Positions 1-9,410 of a stretch of 64,000 nucleotides of DNA are shown one piece after another. The stretch comes from Alphaproteobacteria bacterium (GTDB lineage Bacteria; Pseudomonadota; Alphaproteobacteria; UBA6615): positions 32,001 through 96,000 of the forward strand of contig CBDHEC010000051.1 in NCBI GenBank assembly GCA_965261975.1, written 5' to 3'. Numbering within the stretch: position 1 is the first letter of the stretch; every line of letters begins with the position of its first letter. Both the position numbers and the translations under genes were made by a program. Below the pieces are notes generated by a model. It was not told where the DNA came from. It worked only from the letters and a program-made list of their open reading frames with translations, and made no database searches.

Positions 1-410
1 TCGAAACCGCCCACGGAAAACCCGACTTTCCGGCCTTTCAGGTCGGCGATCGAGGTGATCGGGCCGTCTGCGAGGACCACCAGCGAGGCCAATGGCGTGG
101 CGACCAGCGTACCGATCCGCGTGAGCGGCAGGCCCTGGGCGACCTGCAGGTGGAGCTGGGGCTGATAGGAGATGGCAAGGTCCGCGCGGCCCGCTGCGAC
201 CAGCTTGGGCGGATCATTGGGGTCAGCCGGGGCGATCAGTTCGACCTCCAGCCCGCGTTTCTCGAACTCACCTCGCTCGAGCGCGACAAACAACGGCCCG
301 TGGTCCGGGTTGATGAACCAGTCGAGCATGACCGTGATCTTGTCGTCCGCGATCGCCGAACCGGCACTGAGAAATAGGATGAGGAAGACTGATAAAACGA
401 ATTTTTTCAC
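1..410 (-). CDS. ABC transporter substrate-binding protein, ThiY/NMT1-THI5 family (runs off the window edge)
   Basis: Not in the ORF track. Manual translation from GTG at 410: MKKFVLSVFLILFLSAGSAIADDKITVMLDWFINPDHGPLFVA...ADLAISYQPQLH...SIADLKGRKVGFSVGG. Signal peptide and LDW-x-x-NPDH motif; last gene of the TPP-riboswitch operon. Confidence 0.88.
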   Translation of the reverse strand, partial: MKKFVLSVFLILFLSAGSAIADDKITVMLDWFINPDHGPLFVALERGEFEKRGLEVELIAPADPNDPPKLVAAGRADLAISYQPQLHLQVAQGLPLTRIGTLVATPLASLVVLADGPITSIADLKGRKVGFSVGGF

Positions 411-427
411 GTTATTAGGTCCTGGTT

Positions 428-1192
428 CTAAGGTTGCTTCGAGGCGGCAGGGTCGATGTCTGTCTGCCAGGAGACGAGCCGTCTCAGGCCCGCGTCGATG
501 AGGAAGTAGATCGCCACCGCGAGCAGCGCGAGGACGAAGAGGGCGGCAAACATCGCATCCGTCTGAACCCGGCCGTTCATCAACAGCATGTAGTAGCCGA
601 GCCCGGCCGAGGCGCCGACCCATTCGCCGACGACCGCGCCGATGGGGGCCACCGCGGCGGCCACACGCAAGCCCGAGGCAAAGGCCGGCATCGCGGCGGG
701 AATCCTTATTTGCCGCAAGATCGCGGCTTTGGACGCCCCCATGGTCCGGGCCAGATCGACCCATCCAGGTTCGGTGCGCCGTAATCCGTCGTAAAAGGCG
801 GCGGTGACCGGGAAATAGATGATCAGGGTGGCCATCGCGACCTTGGGAAAGAGCCCATAGCCGAACCACAGCACCAGAACCGGCGCGAGCGCGAACACCG
901 GCACCGCCTGGGACACGACAAGCACAGGAAGCACCCACGCTCGCGCGCTTCTGAAATAGGCCATGATCAAGGCGCTGATTGATCCCAGCAAAGTACCGAA
1001 AACCAGTCCGAGTACGATCTCGATCAGGGTCACCAGCGCATGGCCGGCGATCGTATCGGCGCGCGCAATGGCGACGTCGATGACTGCGAGCGGGCCGGGC
1101 AAAATAAACGGTGCAATGGCCAATCCGCTGACCAGGGCCTGCCAGGCCGCCAGGATGCCTGCGAATACGATGACCGGACGGAGAATTCTCAC
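428..1192 (-). CDS. ABC transporter permease, ThiX/SsuC-like
   Basis: Hydrophobic protein with EAA-loop-like 'DLARTMGASK' and 'GAVVGEWVGASAGLGY'; overlaps the ATPase stop by 4 nt. Confidence 0.88.
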   Translation of the reverse strand: MRILRPVIVFAGILAAWQALVSGLAIAPFILPGPLAVIDVAIARADTIAGHALVTLIEIVLGLVFGTLLGSISALIMAYFRSARAWVLPVLVVSQAVPVFALAPVLVLWFGYGLFPKVAMATLIIYFPVTAAFYDGLRRTEPGWVDLARTMGASKAAILRQIRIPAAMPAFASGLRVAAAVAPIGAVVGEWVGASAGLGYYMLLMNGRVQTDAMFAALFVLALLAVAIYFLIDAGLRRLVSWQTDIDPAASKQP

Positions 1193-1980
1193 ACCGGGAC
1201 TCCTGCAGGTTCTGCGGGGCCACCGGTGAGCCGTTGCATGATCAATTGGTGCGATTGCCGAAGTGTCGGATCTGTCGGATCCCGAGGTGTTGGGCCGGGC
1301 GGCACGATCGGGGCGGTGGTGTGATCGGCACCGTTGCTCATCACGTGAATGCTGTCGGCAAGTCGCAGCGCTTCGAATGGGTCATGGGTCACCATCAAAA
1401 CCGTGCGGTTGGCGAGGAGTTCCACGGCCAGATCCTGAAGGCGCGTGCGCGTGATCGCATCCAGCGCCGAGAAGGGTTCGTCCATGAGCACGATGGGCCG
1501 TTCCTCCATCAAGGTGCGCGCCAGTGCAACGCGTTGGCGTTCGCCGCCGGAAAGTTCTGCTGGCAAGGCGTTCGCCCGTTCGGCGACCCCGGCACGTGCG
1601 AGAATGTCGAGCGCCCGGCTTGCATCCGCGGGCTCACCGCGCAGACGTGCGCCCAGTGCGACGTTGTCGAGGGCGCTGAGCCACGGCAGGAGCAGGTCCT
1701 GCTGCGCCATATACGCAACCCGCGCATGGAGCGCCGTGCCGTCATGGGCAAGTATTTGGGTCGGCGCAACAGGGTCGATGAGGCCGGCGATGGTCCGCAG
1801 CAGGGTCGACTTTCCGACGCCGCTTTCGCCCAGCAAGCAGGTCCAGGAACCCGCCGGTGCGCTGAAGGAAAAGTCGTCCAGCAACACGCTCGCCCCCCAG
1901 GCGAGCCTCGCGTTGCTCACGTCGAGGCCAAGCATCTGTGTTGCTGGAAGAATACTTGGATCGGCGTCGGTCAAATCCAC
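1189..1980 (-). CDS. ABC transporter ATP-binding protein, ThiZ-like
   Basis: Walker A GESGVGKS, signature LSGGERQR, Walker B VLMDEPF, H-loop VTHD. Start could be GTG 1980 or ATG 1935. Confidence 0.9.
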   Translation of the reverse strand: MDLTDADPSILPATQMLGLDVSNARLAWGASVLLDDFSFSAPAGSWTCLLGESGVGKSTLLRTIAGLIDPVAPTQILAHDGTALHARVAYMAQQDLLLPWLSALDNVALGARLRGEPADASRALDILARAGVAERANALPAELSGGERQRVALARTLMEERPIVLMDEPFSALDAITRTRLQDLAVELLANRTVLMVTHDPFEALRLADSIHVMSNGADHTTAPIVPPGPTPRDPTDPTLRQSHQLIMQRLTGGPAEPAGVPV

Positions 1981-2070
1981 GTCCCTCCGCCGGTGTTAAC
2001 CGGATCAGGTTCCAAGGGTCGTCCCGCACAATGCGAGACCTCTCAGCCGCAATGGCTCCCCATGTGGTGA
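1975..2070 (-). ncRNA. TPP (THI-box) riboswitch
   Basis: Minus strand reads CCACATGGGGAGCC...GGCTGAGAGG...GACCCTTGGAACCTGATCCGGTTAACACCGGCGGAGGGACGTGG, containing the conserved CTGAGA and ACCTGAT..GTTAA.AC..GCG.AGGGA elements. Lies upstream of a thiamine-precursor transporter. Confidence 0.95.
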
Positions 2071-2149
2071 CGTTCAATATGATGTGTTGCGATGCGAAAC
2101 GTCAACGCCTTCGATTGCCAATTGTGGCCCGTCACGGTAGGGAAAACAG

Positions 2150-3316
2150 ATGAGCCAACCCGCGCGCGCCAGTTCCCCGGAACCCTTTCGCAAGCTTGCG
2201 CGGCCGCTGTTCATCGGCAACGAGATTTACCGGCGGTCCAATTTCGGCCCCAAGCACCCGCTTTCCGTGCCCCGCGTACCTGCGACTATCGATCTATGCC
2301 GGGCGATGGGATGGCTGCCGGAGAATGCCTACATCGAGAGCGCAGCGGCGAGTCCGGCCGAGATCGTGCGGTTTCATGACCCCGATTATCTGCATGCCTT
2401 GCGCCGGGGCGAGCGTTCGCTCGAGCTGTCGGCAGAGGATCGTGAGCGGTACAATCTGGGGCGTCTCGAAAACCCGATCCACGACACCATGTACAGCCGT
2501 CCGGCGACCTCCGCCGGTGCGGTGCTCGCAGGTGTGGAACTGCTCGGTTCCGTCGATGCCGGCGTCGTGTACAGCCCGGCCGGCGGGACCCACCATGGTC
2601 GCCCGGGCCGGGCGAGTGGATTCTGCTATTTCAATGACCTGGCCCTTGGCTTGCTTCGCCTGAAGGACCTCGGATTCAAGCGTATTCTCTATCTGGATTT
2701 CGACGCGCACCATGGCGATGGGGTTCAGGATGCATTTGCCGGCGATGCGGGCGTGTTTACGCTCTCCATTCACGAGGAGCGCCGCTGGCCTTTCACGGGC
2801 GGCCTCGATGACCATGAAGGGGGGACCGCCTGCAATATCCCCGTGCCGCGCGGACTGCGCGATTCAGAGTTTGAGTTGATCATCGAGGAGCTCGTGGTGC
2901 CGATCGGGGAGAAATACGGTGCCGAGGTGTTGGTCTTACAATGTGGCGCGGATGCGTTGGCGGATGACCCGTTAAGCCGTATGGAACTAAGCAATGGCGC
3001 CATATGGCGGGCCGTTACCCGGGTTGTGGGTCTGGCGCCGCGAATGCTCGTCACGGGGGGCGGGGGGTATAATCCGTGGAGTGTCGCGCGTTGCTGGTCC
3101 GGCGTATGGGCAACGCTGAATGGGCACTCCATTCCTGGCGAGCTGCCGGGCACGGCGCGATCGGTTTTGGAGAGCCTCGAATGGAACCGGGCGGGTGGTC
3201 AAAACCCGCCGGCACATTGGTTTGACAGCATCGCGGATATGCCCGGAGCAGGTGCTGTTCGCGCACCCGTTCGAGAGCTCGTGGCGCGAGCCCATCGTGC
3301 GTATGTAAATAATTAG
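2150..3316 (+). CDS. acuC: Acetoin utilization protein AcuC / Zn-dependent histone-deacetylase-family amidohydrolase
   Basis: Motifs GGTHHG, ASGFCYFND, DFDAHHGDG, GADAL and GGGGY. Confidence 0.88.
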   Translation: MSQPARASSPEPFRKLARPLFIGNEIYRRSNFGPKHPLSVPRVPATIDLCRAMGWLPENAYIESAAASPAEIVRFHDPDYLHALRRGERSLELSAEDRERYNLGRLENPIHDTMYSRPATSAGAVLAGVELLGSVDAGVVYSPAGGTHHGRPGRASGFCYFNDLALGLLRLKDLGFKRILYLDFDAHHGDGVQDAFAGDAGVFTLSIHEERRWPFTGGLDDHEGGTACNIPVPRGLRDSEFELIIEELVVPIGEKYGAEVLVLQCGADALADDPLSRMELSNGAIWRAVTRVVGLAPRMLVTGGGGYNPWSVARCWSGVWATLNGHSIPGELPGTARSVLESLEWNRAGGQNPPAHWFDSIADMPGAGAVRAPVRELVARAHRAYVNN

Positions 3317-3333
3317 AAAAGAGCAATAGGTAA

Positions 3334-3816
3334 TTGAAAAATATATATAAAATAATCTATCCTCATGTAATGCTTGCATTGATTCTGGGCTCCCTCGCGG
3401 TCGGGTTGGCGCATGCGCAGGACGATGTTGTCTTCGAGCAATCTACCCTGAAAATCGAGACGTCAGACGGCGTGCACAGCTTTGATATCGAGGTCGCCGC
3501 GAACGACGCGCAGCGCGCCCGCGGCTTGATGTTTCGCAACGAGATGGCGCCGGATGCCGGCATGCTTTTTCTGTATCGCCGCGACCGTATCCTGACCATG
3601 TGGATGGCCAACACCTATCTGCCGTTGGACATGCTGTTTATCGGAGGCGATGGACGCATCGTGAGTATTGCCCGGAACACGATCCCGCTGTCCCGGACGA
3701 CGATTTCATCGCGAAAACGCGCGCGTGCCGTCCTCGAGCTCAATGCCGGGACCGCGCGCAGGCTCGGTATCAACGCCGGCGACAGGGTTGTTTACGACGG
3801 CTTGCCAGGCCAATAG
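3334..3816 (+). CDS. DUF192 family exported protein
   Basis: Signal peptide followed by 'RARGLMFR...GMLF...MWMANTYLPLDMLFI...VLELNAG'. Start may be ATG 3370. Confidence 0.9.
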   Translation: MKNIYKIIYPHVMLALILGSLAVGLAHAQDDVVFEQSTLKIETSDGVHSFDIEVAANDAQRARGLMFRNEMAPDAGMLFLYRRDRILTMWMANTYLPLDMLFIGGDGRIVSIARNTIPLSRTTISSRKRARAVLELNAGTARRLGINAGDRVVYDGLPGQ

Positions 3817-3829
3817 CCCCGGAATTCCG

Positions 3830-4144
3830 CTAGGTTTTCGACCCGGTCTTGATCGGCAACAGTGGTTCCCAATGCTCGCCTGAGGCGACGATACACGCCA
3901 TGCCGTCGGGCATTGTGATGATGATCGACCAGGTCGATCCCGCGGGTTCGCTCAACACTTCAATCACACCACCATTGCTGGCAAGCCCGATGGCGACCGG
4001 CGCCTCGCTGTATTTCTTTGCCAGATGGGTGAGGGTACTCGTGCGATCTGTACACGAGTGATTGGGCTGGGCTGCTTCTGCAATGTTGCTTCCTGCAACG
4101 ACCGACAGGACCAGCCCAGCAAACAGGCTCTGTGTCCTAAACAT
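3830..4144 (-). CDS. Small secreted hypothetical protein of a type common in Alphaproteobacteria
   Basis: Signal peptide (AEA cleavage), 'C-x-x-R...L..KYSE.P...G...GSTWSIII..PDG.ACIVASG..W'; AAGGAG RBS upstream. Confidence 0.7.
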   Translation of the reverse strand: MFRTQSLFAGLVLSVVAGSNIAEAAQPNHSCTDRTSTLTHLAKKYSEAPVAIGLASNGGVIEVLSEPAGSTWSIIITMPDGMACIVASGEHWEPLLPIKTGSKT

Positions 4145-4227
4145 GTCAGTCTCCTTACGGTCAGGAATGCCGGAAAACCCGACATTGCAATATCGAGGTT
4201 AGGAGAGCACGGTTAAAACTTGCTGAA

Positions 4228-4243
4228 TTAACAAATATTTAAC
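4228..4243. promoter_or_regulatory. CtrA-binding box (TTAA-N7-TTAAC)
   Basis: TTAA CAAATAT TTAAC at 4228-4243, with an extra TTAA half-site at 4213, about 85 nt upstream of the 3830..4144 gene. Confidence 0.65.
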
Positions 4244-4254
4244 TCGCCAGGCGG

Positions 4255-4590
4255 TCAGCGCGTCCGCGTCGGCGCATCCCGTGTATCCGACGTGGTCACG
4301 ACGATTGCGATGATCAGGAGAGCGAGCCCCAGGGCAATTCGCAAAGTCACCGGCTCCGACAGGATCCACCCGCCCAGCAGAAGGGCGGTAACCGGGTTCA
4401 GCCCGACGGTGATCGTGGCCTGGGTCGGCGTGATCAACTGCAACGCGTGGCCCCACATGAACGTCATCAGGGCCGCACCCGGGATGGCGAGCAGGAACAT
4501 CACGAACCAGCCTGTGAGATTGAAGTCCAGGGAGCCCGATAATGGCTGGCCGAATACCATGGCCAGGGCGACGAGCAGGAAACACAGATC
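4255..4590 (-). pseudogene. 3' half of an EamA/DMT transporter, 5'-truncated
   Basis: 'GWFVMFLLAIPGAALMTFMWGHALQLITPTQATITVGLNPVTALLLGGWILSEP' is the second EamA repeat. Upstream of about 4590 the frame becomes the antisense of an ATPase. Confidence 0.8.
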
Positions 4591-4974
4591 GGCGAGGCGG
4601 GGGGCATCCTTTCCGGCGGTCAACGCCAGCGTATCGCCCTGGCGCGCGCGTTGTTCGGTGCGCCGACATTGCTGGTGCTCGATGAGCCCAATGCCAGCCT
4701 GGATCGGGTGGGCGAGCAGGCGCTCCTGGATACGATCGACGAGATGCGCCGCCGCGGCGTGACGATCGTGGTGATCGCACATCGTCCCAGCATGCTCGAG
4801 CATGTCGACAAGATCCTTGTTTTGCGTGATGGCAAGACCGAACTCTATGGCTCGCGCGACGAGGTGATGGCCAAGCTCATGGGGCGGCCGGAACCGGCGA
4901 CGGTCACACCGGATCAAGTCGCAGCACAGACGCAGGCAATCAGTGGTGAGCCGTCTCCGATGGGCGAGTCATGA
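4579..4974 (+). pseudogene. C-terminal fragment of a type I secretion permease/ATPase (PrtD/HlyB-like), 5'-truncated
   Basis: ETQIGEAGGILSGGQRQRIALARALFGAPTLLVLDEPNASLD...VIAHRPS. No Walker A or membrane domain; stop overlaps the HlyD start. Confidence 0.85.
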
Positions 4975-6379
4975 GTGATGCACCACAGAGGTCCGAGCCG
5001 GGCATGCAGGTCGCACCGCAGCAGGGCGCCCAGGCGCTGGCACAGCCCGATCTGACGGGAGGCGGCGGAATGCCGCCACCGCCCACAGGCGGTGGCGACA
5101 AGCTCGGGACCCGCAAACCGATCCTGATCGGCTCGATTATCATCGCAATATTCTTCGGCTTTTTCGGGGTTTGGGCGTTTTTTGCACCCCTCGACAGTGC
5201 GGCCATCGCGATCGGTACGGTGGGTGTCGAAGGCAATCGCCGGACGATCCAGCACCTTGAAGGCGGAATCGTGAATGAGATTCTGGTGCGCGACGGTGAC
5301 AAGGTGAAAGCTGGCCAGGTGTTGATCCGTCTCGAGGAGACCCAGCCGCGGGCCCAGTTGCAGTTGATCACCGGCCAGCGCAACGCGGCACTTGCCCTCG
5401 CAGCCCGGCTACGCGCGGAGCGCGCGGCGCAGAGACCATCACGTTTCCCGAGGCGCTGACCTCTCAGGGGGATGACGTCGGGGTCCGGGAGACGATGCTG
5501 GGCCAACTAAGCATCTTCCAGGCGCGACGCGACGCAATCGAGGGACAACGGAAAATACTGGGGCAACGTGTCGGCCAGTTCCGTGAGGAAATCGAGGGTC
5601 TGCGCGCTCAGATTCGTTCGGCCGATGAGCAACTCGTTCTCATCAATGGTGAAGTTGCCGACCTGCAGATCCTTTTCGACAAGGGACTAACGCCGAAATC
5701 CCGGTTGTTGTCGCTGCAGCGCCGCGCCGCGGAAATCGAGGGTGAACGCGGTCAGAACCGTGCCGCCATCGCGCGGGCCCGTCAGAGTATCGGCGAATCC
5801 GAAATTCGCATCGTCGAATTGCGGACCGAGCAGGTAAACGAAGTCGTCGCCGAGTTGCGTGAGGTCGAGAGCCAGCTGCTTGATCTGGCCGAGCGCTTCC
5901 GTGCTGCTGACGATGTGCTGGAGCGGGTCGAGATCGTCAGTCCGATCGACGGCTTTGCCGAGGATTTACAGGTATTTACCAGCGGTGGCGTCATCCGGCC
6001 GGGCGATCGCCTGCTCGATGTGGTGCCCGACAGCGAGAAGCTCGTAATCGAGGCTCGAGTGACCCCGACGGATATCGACATTGTGCACGCCGGGCTCGAA
6101 GCCCAGGTGCGGCTGTCGGCGTTTAACCAGCGCATCACCCCGACGGTGGAGGGCACTGTCACATGGGTGTCGGCGGACCGCCTGACGGATGCGAGCACGG
6201 GCGAGGAGTATTACACCGCCCGGGTGGACCTGAATGAGCAGAATGACCCGCGCCTGAACGGGTTGACCTTGCAGCCGGGCATGCCGGCCGAGGTGTTGAT
6301 CCGTACGGGCGAGCGCACGCTCATCCAGTATCTGGTGAGCCCGGTCGAGCAGTCGATCTCAAGGTCATTGAGGGAATAA
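4971..6379 (+). CDS. HlyD/PrtE-family type I secretion periplasmic adaptor, frameshifted near 5424
   Basis: ORF 4971..5459 (WAFFAPLDSAAIA, IQHLEGGIV) and ORF 5495..6379 (SPIDG, LQPGMPAEVLIRTGERT) join if one base is restored near 5424, giving ER(D)GAETITFPEAL. Confidence 0.85.
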
Positions 6380-6383
6380 GTCG

Positions 6384-7115
6384 TTGATGAAGTTACGATG
6401 GACAGCAGTGCTGTTTCTGGCGGTTGCACTCAGTGGCTGTGTCACGCCGAAAACAATACTGAAAGACAACGCATCACCAGTAGATGCGAGTGCTTTTCCG
6501 GCGAATGGGAAGAGCATTGTGATTTTGGGGTCAGGCTATGTGGGACTTAAACCAGCATACAATTTGTATGAGGTGCGCAAGCCGGGGATTATCGGCGTCC
6601 CTGCTGTCTGGGCAAGGATTGAACGGAGCGAGGACGTAAAAGCGCGGGGGGCTGAAAGGGTCGAATATTTTTTGAGCAACTCAGGCGAACCCCGCGCTTA
6701 CATGATCGAGCCTGGCCGCTACATGCTCGATATCTACGCGGCGATAGATGACTTTGGAGCCTACCAGGGACTGGGCACTGGACTTTCGCCAGCAGATAAA
6801 GATGGTTCGATTGCTCCGGTGATCGAAGTCACGGCGGGGGAAGTAATCTATGCAGGGCGGCAGCTATTCTCTTTTCACGCGGACAAAGTCGACTACGAGA
6901 TATCGGACCGGTCCGGAGAACTGCCTTTCTACCTTGAAAACATGCCGGAATTGAAAGGCTTAGAGGGTCGCATCGAGACCCGGCTCATGAAATTTGAAAC
7001 CGTTCCGGAAGAAATGGTTCGGAAGGGTGAGAAAGACTATGAAGGCCGAATCTTAGCCGGCGGCTTGTTTATCGCGGTTTGGACGCAGAGTGCGAAACCA
7101 CTTCCGGTTAAGTGA
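6384..7115 (+). CDS. Hypothetical lipoprotein
   Basis: Lipobox LSGC after a hydrophobic signal; visibly more AT-rich than its flanks; no family recognised. Confidence 0.65.
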   Translation: MMKLRWTAVLFLAVALSGCVTPKTILKDNASPVDASAFPANGKSIVILGSGYVGLKPAYNLYEVRKPGIIGVPAVWARIERSEDVKARGAERVEYFLSNSGEPRAYMIEPGRYMLDIYAAIDDFGAYQGLGTGLSPADKDGSIAPVIEVTAGEVIYAGRQLFSFHADKVDYEISDRSGELPFYLENMPELKGLEGRIETRLMKFETVPEEMVRKGEKDYEGRILAGGLFIAVWTQSAKPLPVK

Positions 7116-7128
7116 GACTTAGACTCGA

Positions 7129-9318
7129 TCAGATCGGAGTTGCATCGGCCTGACGTCCCCGCCGCGATGTGAAGACAATCACGCCGACCACAAGCACCGC
7201 GCCGGCCACGTTCAGCGGCAGGTTCAGCGGGATGAAACACAGAACACCCCCGCCAATCAGCACCGGATAGAGCCAGAGCGCCAGCGGGCCCTCCGAGTAG
7301 CGCTGAATCATCGCGGTCATGGAATAGATGCCGAAAAGTGCGAAGCCGCCGATCTGGACACTGTCCCAGAAGCCCGATCCGATCAACGGCGTGAAGGCGA
7401 ACAGCAACACCACGATGTAGAGGCCCTTGGCGATCTTCCAGGCCTGCACGCCCGTCGACATGGGCGGCGACTTTGCGATCCCGGCCGCGGTGAAGGCGGC
7501 GAGACAAACCGGCGGCGTCACATTCGAATCCTGGCTCAGCCAGAACACGATCAGATGGGCCGTCAACAGGAAGACAGTCAGGGTTTCCGTATCGATCAGG
7601 GCCGGGCGGATGACCAGGGCCAGTTCGAACGGCATGCCGCTGACGAGTTCCTTCGCGGCCTCCAGGCTCATCCCCTGGGCGACATTCGCCACATGGGGTG
7701 AATCTATCAGCGCGAACATGGCCGCCTGTGTGGGGTCGGAGATGCCGTTCACCAGCATATCGACCAGGATGCCGTCGGCCAGGAGCCCGGCAAGCGCCGG
7801 CGCGGACAGAATCGACAGCACGATGTAGGCCGCCGTCACGGGTAACCCCATGCCCAGTACCAGGGATACGATCGCGATCAGGATGACGGCGATCAGAATT
7901 GATCCCTGTGACCATTGGGCGATCATCAGGGCGAACCCGTTGCCCAGACCGGATGTGGTGACGGCGTTGTTGATCAGGCCGACCGTGACCAGCAACACAG
8001 CCGTCATGATCGAGGTCTTGATACCAAGGACCAACGCCCGCGAGATCTTGCGCGGTCCCATGCGATTGGGGGTGACCCAGCTGACAACGATCAGGGTACC
8101 GATGGCGAAGCAGGCTGCGAAACTCGGCGTGCGTCCGCTGACCAGCATGTAGGTCATGATGCCCAGAGGGAGGACGAAGTTCAGCGCGCCGCCCCAGAGT
8201 TTCTTCCAGTCGACGGCGGCGATCTGTTCGGTACCGATCCGGTGTTTCATGGACTCGACGCGCACCATGAACCCGACCGACATGAAATACAGGATCGCGG
8301 GGATGATCGAGACAATCACGATGGTCCCGTAGTCGATTCCGGTGAACGACACCATGACAAAGGCGCCGGCACCCATGATCGGCGGCATCATCTGGCCGCC
8401 GGTCGATGCGGAGGCCTCGACCCCGGCCGCAAATTTGGCGCGAAACCCGTTCGCCTTCATGAGCGGGATGGTGATGATCCCGGTCGAGGCCGTGTTGGCC
8501 ACTGCCGAACCAGAGATGGTGCCCGTCAGGGCGGAGGAGATAATGGCGACGAAGGCCGCGCCGCCGCGGAAACGTCCGGCGATAATCTTCGACAACTCGA
8601 TGACAAAGTCCGATGCGCCGGAGACAACCAGGAACGCACCGAAAATCATGAACAGGGTGATGTTGGCCGAGGAGATCGTCGCGATGATCCCGAGCATGCC
8701 TTCGTCGTTATAGAGTGACCGGAACAGGACATCGCTCAACGGCAGGCTGGCCGCCCGGAAGACCCCCGGCAGAATCCCGCCGAGGAACAGGATGTAACTG
8801 AGCGAGACAATCACCAGCGCGGGAATAATCCAGCCGGTCATCCGTCGGGTCAGTTCAATGGCCGCGACGATCATGATGATGCCTGCTGCCCAGTCGAGCG
8901 GCGTGAACTGCCAGGGCAGGCCGGTTTCGGCCAGTGTGCGGGTGTACAGGCCGGTCTCTGCGCCGGCGATCCACGCCGCGGATGCGGCGACGAGGAGGCC
9001 CAGGACGATGTCCAGGGTAATGGACCATGGTTTCTCGGCGTGCCGCTTGAATGTTGCCGAGGTCACGAAGCCGAGAAACCCGAAACCGCCATAGTGGATG
9101 GCGTTCTGCCAGAGACCCGGTTCGTTCCAGAACAGGTTGGTGCCGACATGCCACAGACCGAAGCCGCAGATGGCGAGCAGGGTGATCCAGTAGCGGGCAA
9201 GATGCGCCAGAGAATAGTCGAGATCGACGACACCCGCGCGGAACCCACTAACGGGCCGTTCGGTTTCGATCTCTATCGCGGCGGCGTCGACCATGCCGGG
9301 CAGGGGTGTCTGGCTCAT
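7129..9318 (-). CDS. TRAP transporter fused 4TM/12TM permease (TAXI type)
   Basis: Motifs GTISGSAVAN, EASASTGGQMMPPIMGAGAF, LGMGLPVTAAY and SNVTPPVCLAAF. Confidence 0.93.
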   Translation of the reverse strand: MSQTPLPGMVDAAAIEIETERPVSGFRAGVVDLDYSLAHLARYWITLLAICGFGLWHVGTNLFWNEPGLWQNAIHYGGFGFLGFVTSATFKRHAEKPWSITLDIVLGLLVAASAAWIAGAETGLYTRTLAETGLPWQFTPLDWAAGIIMIVAAIELTRRMTGWIIPALVIVSLSYILFLGGILPGVFRAASLPLSDVLFRSLYNDEGMLGIIATISSANITLFMIFGAFLVVSGASDFVIELSKIIAGRFRGGAAFVAIISSALTGTISGSAVANTASTGIITIPLMKANGFRAKFAAGVEASASTGGQMMPPIMGAGAFVMVSFTGIDYGTIVIVSIIPAILYFMSVGFMVRVESMKHRIGTEQIAAVDWKKLWGGALNFVLPLGIMTYMLVSGRTPSFAACFAIGTLIVVSWVTPNRMGPRKISRALVLGIKTSIMTAVLLVTVGLINNAVTTSGLGNGFALMIAQWSQGSILIAVILIAIVSLVLGMGLPVTAAYIVLSILSAPALAGLLADGILVDMLVNGISDPTQAAMFALIDSPHVANVAQGMSLEAAKELVSGMPFELALVIRPALIDTETLTVFLLTAHLIVFWLSQDSNVTPPVCLAAFTAAGIAKSPPMSTGVQAWKIAKGLYIVVLLFAFTPLIGSGFWDSVQIGGFALFGIYSMTAMIQRYSEGPLALWLYPVLIGGGVLCFIPLNLPLNVAGAVLVVGVIVFTSRRGRQADATPI

Positions 9319-9352
9319 CGCGTGTACTCCGGGCTTGGTTCCAAGCAACATG

Positions 9353-9386
9353 AAAAAAGGGTGGCCGCACAGCGCGACCACCCTTT
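9353..9386 (-). terminator. Intrinsic-terminator-like hairpin between the TAXI binding protein and permease genes
   Basis: AAGGGTGG...CCACCCTT stem followed by a T-run on the minus strand. Confidence 0.6.
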
Positions 9387-9410
9387 GTTTCAGTCCTGAT
9401 CAGGCAAGAA

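Noticed and set aside
3300-3370. AT-rich patch between acuC and DUF192 as a foreign-DNA boundary
   Set aside because: Very short, with no repeats or mobility genes; consistent with a promoter or translation-initiation region.
4255-4917. 220-aa minus-strand ORF as a novel fusion protein
   Set aside because: Its N-terminal half is the antisense of the T1SS ATPase fragment; only the EamA C-terminal part is real coding sequence.
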